64,000 bases of DNA from a virus. Below, one piece after another: positions 60,953 to 64,000 of this stretch. The position numbers and the translations under genes are program-made. The stretch lies in IMG/VR virus record IMGVR_UViG_3300028883_000004, positions 1 to 64,000 of that record; one strand, given 5' to 3'. The notes under the pieces were generated by a model, which did not search any database, had not been told where the DNA came from, and saw only the letters and a program-made list of their open reading frames with translations. Position 1 is the stretch's first letter; the number at the start of each line of letters is the position of its first letter.

Positions 60953-61283
60953 AAGGGTCGTAAAGAACAATCGCAAGCCTATCATCTCAAATCACGTCGG
61001 AATAGACTCCATGCGGTTCTCAGGATCATCGGTTGCAGACCTCAAGACTTTCCTTTCCGCTCTTCCAGGAGGAAAGGGAAACATCTATGTAGGACCTCCT
61101 CTGGTAAGAGAGGGAGTCGGTTACAATGGTGTCTTCTCGCTGAAGAGTAAAGACGACGTAGAACGTCTCAAAGCAGCCTTCTCGGAACTGGTGAAGGCAG
61201 GGAGAGTCCCGATGGTTATGGTGGCAGTCTGGGATACGGTCAGGAAGGCCGCTAAAAGGAGTCGGAGAGTTAAAAGGGGTTAG
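60942..61283 (+). CDS. hypothetical protein (113 aa) with N-terminal RRVVK tag and basic C-terminus
   Basis: MATRRVVKNNRKP... ...RKAAKRSRRVKRG. SD GAGGAGGAAGG upstream. Confidence 0.55.
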   Translation: MATRRVVKNNRKPIISNHVGIDSMRFSGSSVADLKTFLSALPGGKGNIYVGPPLVREGVGYNGVFSLKSKDDVERLKAAFSELVKAGRVPMVMVAVWDTVRKAAKRSRRVKRG

Positions 61284-61302
61284 ACCCTATCCAATAGACA
61301 GA

Positions 61303-61344
61303 TCGCCGCTCTATGGGCGATATAGGAGCCCAGAACGGGCGATA
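61303..61344 (+). promoter_or_regulatory. intergenic motif cluster: inverted copy of the 14449 motif plus two GGGCGATA direct repeats
   Basis: TCGCCGCTCTATG at 61303-61315 is the reverse complement of CATAGAGCGGCGA. GGGCGATA occurs at 61315-61322 and 61337-61344, 22 bp apart. Confidence 0.25.
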
Positions 61345-61358
61345 CGGAGGAAAGAAGG

Positions 61359-61871
61359 ATGCTAAAGGCAATACAGACCCTTGGGAAGCTAATCGACTGG
61401 CTCGAGAAGCTTGAACTCGAAGGGCCCGATAAGATCAACCAGAAGGCTCTTGCAGATGGCCTTGCAGAACTTGTGAAAGGAGTCGAGGCACATCAAGGGA
61501 TGGACCCTGAGGAACTTCGGAAGGCTCTTGCGACGACGTTCTCCTCGACTCTCGTCGGAATTGTTCACGGATGGCTTGACGGACCTTCCTACACTCCCGA
61601 TATGACCAAATGGGAACTCTGGCAGGGAAAGACGAAAGAGGAGCTTGCAGAGCTGGAGGTCGTAAAGGTTGCAGGCGAGATGCTGGAATGCGTTTTTGGA
61701 TCGATGGCCCATCATCGCCTCCTTCCTCTCGGGATGAGCCTTCCGTGGAAGGGGAGAGAGGAGCCGTACGAATGGCTCGCTCAGATCGCCTCTGACCTGA
61801 TCAAAGGTAAGGCCGACGAGGAGGCGAAGAAGGAGGACGAAAAGAAAATCGAGAAGGGAGAGGACAGTTGA
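61359..61871 (+). CDS. hypothetical protein (170 aa)
   Basis: SD GGAGGAAAGAAGG. Helical. No motif. Confidence 0.55.
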   Translation: MLKAIQTLGKLIDWLEKLELEGPDKINQKALADGLAELVKGVEAHQGMDPEELRKALATTFSSTLVGIVHGWLDGPSYTPDMTKWELWQGKTKEELAELEVVKVAGEMLECVFGSMAHHRLLPLGMSLPWKGREEPYEWLAQIASDLIKGKADEEAKKEDEKKIEKGEDS

Positions 61872-62413
61872 CCTCGGATAGACAACACAGCAAACCAACT
61901 AACTGGTACGAGGTGTACTTCCAGAACTTCGAGCTTGCTCGCAGGCCTCATGTTCCAGAGGAGTCAAAGGGAATATGCCCGAATCCTGTTCCCTTCCTTC
62001 TGGAGTTCTTTACGCAAGGGAGAGATGAAGTTGATAAGGTGAGAGGGAAGGCTGGACCTCCTACGGCTGACGAGCCTATTCCAGACATTCGTCTCTCTCC
62101 TACCTTCCTTGTCTGTGTGGCTCTTGATCAGATACGAGACGACAAGGAGGTCCCTGCATTCCTAAGAGTCATCGCAAGAGGCTCCAGGATGGAAATGGAG
62201 ACGATGCCTTCTGCCGCTCCTCAGTTCAACAAGAACATCATTGCAAGAAAGAAGAAACTTGCGGAGAAGCGACAGCAGCAGTACGAATACGAATGGATGA
62301 TTCGTTACCAGACGGCGTTGATATTTGGAGCCCTTCCGATGGAGGCGGTCGTCTACGCAAACTCGTTCGACTCTCACGAGGAGTTCAAGAAGAACAACCC
62401 TCTGGACATGTGA
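61868..62413 (+). CDS. hypothetical protein (181 aa)
   Basis: TTG start overlapping the upstream TGA (TTGA). Last gene before the large intergenic region. Confidence 0.5.
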   Translation: MTSDRQHSKPTNWYEVYFQNFELARRPHVPEESKGICPNPVPFLLEFFTQGRDEVDKVRGKAGPPTADEPIPDIRLSPTFLVCVALDQIRDDKEVPAFLRVIARGSRMEMETMPSAAPQFNKNIIARKKKLAEKRQQQYEYEWMIRYQTALIFGALPMEAVVYANSFDSHEEFKKNNPLDM

Positions 62414-62514
62414 AGAGTCCTTTGCTTACGATTTACTCGCTCGTGGTTCGATAGGGTTGAGAGGTTGCTCCTCTCCTCTGGCTCGCCGCAACCCTGTTGG
62501 CCATAAAGCTCTAC

Positions 62515-62556
62515 GACCTCCCGGGGAGGTACGGCCTGAAAACTCCCCGGGAGGTC
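62515..62556 (+). terminator. 13-bp inverted repeat (GACCTCCCGGGGA ... TCCCCGGGAGGTC) in a structured 3' region
   Basis: Perfect 13-bp arms at 62515-62527 and 62544-62556 with a 16-nt spacer. An upstream hairpin GAGAGG-ttgct-CCTCTC lies at 62459-62475. No clear T-tract. Confidence 0.4.
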
Positions 62557-62789
62557 CCTCCGCATTTAGACCTCCACAACTTTCTAGTTTTCATGTTATC
62601 TGAAGAGAAACGGATTTTGCCCATTTTTTGAGCAAGGTAAAATAACATGCAAAAAATGGCGTCTGAAAAACAAGTTATTTAGACAGTTGCAAATTTTTTT
62701 GGTTATCTGTTTTTAGGATTATGCTGTAACTATCTGAAATCGTATCGCTTTTAGTGACGAATTTTTTTTGAGAAACATGAAGATTTTGG

Positions 62790-62818
62790 TGTACAGGGGC
62801 GACTCTATTCCTTATAAT
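62790..62818 (+). promoter_or_regulatory. candidate sigma-70-like promoter for the 62883 operon
   Basis: TGTACA-N17-TATAAT with a perfect -10 hexamer at 62813-62818, about 65 nt upstream of ATG 62883, in an AT-rich region. Confidence 0.35.
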
Positions 62819-62882
62819 GTCCAAAGTTCATTGAGAGACCAAGGAAAACGGAACAACAAAACGGAACGAAAGGAGCTACGAG

Positions 62883-63206
62883 ATGAAGGAACTGAGAGCA
62901 CGCAAGACGGACAAGGTAATGAGCTGGAAGGCAACCAAGGCAATCGCCCTTCTACTTCGTCACGAGATCGTAAAGCCGGAGGAACTTCACGAACTGAAGA
63001 TGAGGGACATCATCAACCAGGACAGAATGAACTACGCAGACCACTGGGAAATCGAAGAGTGCGTACCGCAAACCGACGAAGGAACCATCGACGGTTTCCC
63101 TTACAGCGTCCATAGCGAGTGGTATGCGAACAATAAGATCGTAACGGCGACCGTTACCTTCTGTGATAGAGTCGGAAACGAGAACTGCATTCTGGTTAAC
63201 TTCTAA
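62883..63206 (+). CDS. hypothetical protein (107 aa)
   Basis: SD AAGGAG with a 7-nt spacer. First gene after the control region. Confidence 0.6.
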   Translation: MKELRARKTDKVMSWKATKAIALLLRHEIVKPEELHELKMRDIINQDRMNYADHWEIEECVPQTDEGTIDGFPYSVHSEWYANNKIVTATVTFCDRVGNENCILVNF

Positions 63207-63229
63207 ACATTCAAGAGAGGAGCAAGACA

Positions 63230-63667
63230 ATGGCTAAGAGCACCAAGAAAGAAACAGCGGCGAAGGGAACAGAGAAGAAAGTCGTTATGGATCCGAAGAA
63301 GGTCCTCGACTCACACGACTGCTTTGCAATCTTTACTGGAACCATTTACGAGAAGGCGAAAGCTCATCCAGTTTACAACTTCATGATGCAAGAGCTTTAC
63401 GAAATCACTTCTGCCTACAAGACCACTCACGAGTCGGTCGAGACTCGAATGAAACGACAGAGTGAGAACGCAGCAGACGCAATGAAGAAACTGGAAAGCG
63501 GAATGGGAGCAGATCAGCTCTGGTACAGCAACACTCCAGACGAGGCGATAGAGATAAAAGCCGGAATCGAAAAGTGCCAGGAACTCCAGAAGCGTTACGA
63601 GAGAATCTATCCCGCCATCCAGGCTATGCTCGAAGAACTTTCCAACCAGGAAGGAGAAAGCAAATGA
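63230..63667 (+). CDS. hypothetical protein (145 aa)
   Basis: SD GAGAGGAG. Helical. No motif. Confidence 0.55.
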   Translation: MAKSTKKETAAKGTEKKVVMDPKKVLDSHDCFAIFTGTIYEKAKAHPVYNFMMQELYEITSAYKTTHESVETRMKRQSENAADAMKKLESGMGADQLWYSNTPDEAIEIKAGIEKCQELQKRYERIYPAIQAMLEELSNQEGESK

Positions 63668-64000
63668 GAATCATCAAACGAACCATCAGGGCTAAGAGAG
63701 ACGACGGCAGGACCTTCTCCAGGACTCTGGACTTCATCCGACTTATCCCGAACGTAGAGGGAGAAGTTCGAAGAGGAGAGGACGACAGAGGAAACCAAGA
63801 CGGATCCATCCTGGTTACCTTCTTCGAGAAGCGCGGGAACCTCCGGACTGTAGCAGAGGTTATGAGCTTCGACCCTGAAAGTTGGGAACTCTCCACGACC
63901 GAATTGGAGAGGATGGCTAAGAAGCTCGTGGAGATCGTGGAGAAGGAAAGCGTCGGGATCGAAGGGAGCGATTGGGAATGGAACGACGAGACAGCGAAGG
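63664..64000 (+). CDS. hypothetical protein, 5' partial (runs off the window)
   Basis: ATGA-coupled ATG at 63664. The frame stays open to the window end (MRIIKRTIRAKRDDGRTF...). Confidence 0.5.
   Translation, partial: MRIIKRTIRAKRDDGRTFSRTLDFIRLIPNVEGEVRRGEDDRGNQDGSILVTFFEKRGNLRTVAEVMSFDPESWELSTTELERMAKKLVEIVEKESVGIEGSDWEWNDETAK

Noticed and set aside
62440-62475. GGTTCGAT string resembling a tRNA T-loop just after the 62413 stop.
   Set aside because: I could not build a flanking 5-bp T-stem, an acceptor stem or an anticodon arm. It is not a tRNA.
62768-63115. 115-aa ORF starting at a TTG inside the AT-rich control region.
   Set aside because: It has no SD, it covers the best promoter candidate, and it overlaps the well-initiated 62883 ORF. 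Its composition is Arg/Asn/Gly-rich and low-complexity.
1-64000. Searched by eye for CRISPR arrays, integrase/recombinase, transposase, tRNA/rRNA genes, reverse transcriptase (DGR/retron) and toxin-antitoxin pairs.
   Set aside because: I found no regularly spaced direct repeats other than the 93-bp coding repeat, and no recognisable catalytic motifs of these families. Absence from this window says nothing about the rest of the genome.

Overview
The window reads as one continuous, same-strand (+) block of a tailed dsDNA phage genome with a contractile tail; whether it is free phage or prophage cannot be told from here. I call about 70 tightly packed CDS, many translationally coupled through ATGA or TAATG overlaps. 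I found no tRNA, rRNA, CRISPR array, integrase or transposase. Gene order: (1) head morphogenesis, 0.5-8.1 kb: XkdF-like protease, scaffold, HK97-type major capsid protein, small basic proteins, connector/neck genes. (2) Contractile tail, 8.1-30.7 kb: a 989-aa sheath; a roughly 4-kb island holding two paralogous GT-B glycosyltransferases, one GT-A glycosyltransferase and a ParB-like/SAM-methyltransferase fusion; then a putative tube, a chaperone with a canonical -1 frameshift site, tape measure, tube-initiator-like protein, gpD-like hub, gpV-like spike, a proline-rich triple-repeat ORF, gp25/W-like, J-like and I-like baseplate proteins, and a 1125-aa beta-helix fibre. (3) Lysis, 30.9-33.5 kb: amidase flanked by membrane proteins. 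(4) Replication, 33.5-41.4 kb: SF2 helicase, organiser, DnaC-like loader, DnaB, DnaG-type primase, UvrD-like helicase. (5) A sigma-70-family factor and a histone-H1-like protein. (6) Nucleotide module, 43.2-46.7 kb: FAD-binding/dUTPase-like fusion, divergent ThyX-like protein, UDG-superfamily protein, Tmk-like kinase. (7) Family-B DNA polymerase, gp32-type SSB, HU, RecA-like, Mre11/Rad50-like, RuvC-like, FEN and a family-4 UDG. (8) About a dozen ORFs of unknown function and a 470-bp AT-rich control region. Most unusual observations: a 101-aa protein made of three 31-residue proline-rich repeats in the spike-tip slot, whose reading frame is supported by synonymous-only repeat divergence; an N-terminal (K/R)RRVVKK peptide shared by polymerase, RecA-like and other DNA-metabolism proteins; the glycosylation/methylation island inside the tail module; and a ThyX-fold protein lacking a canonical RHRxxS motif beside a flavoprotein/NTP-pyrophosphatase fusion. 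All functional calls come from motif recognition by eye. No database search was run.
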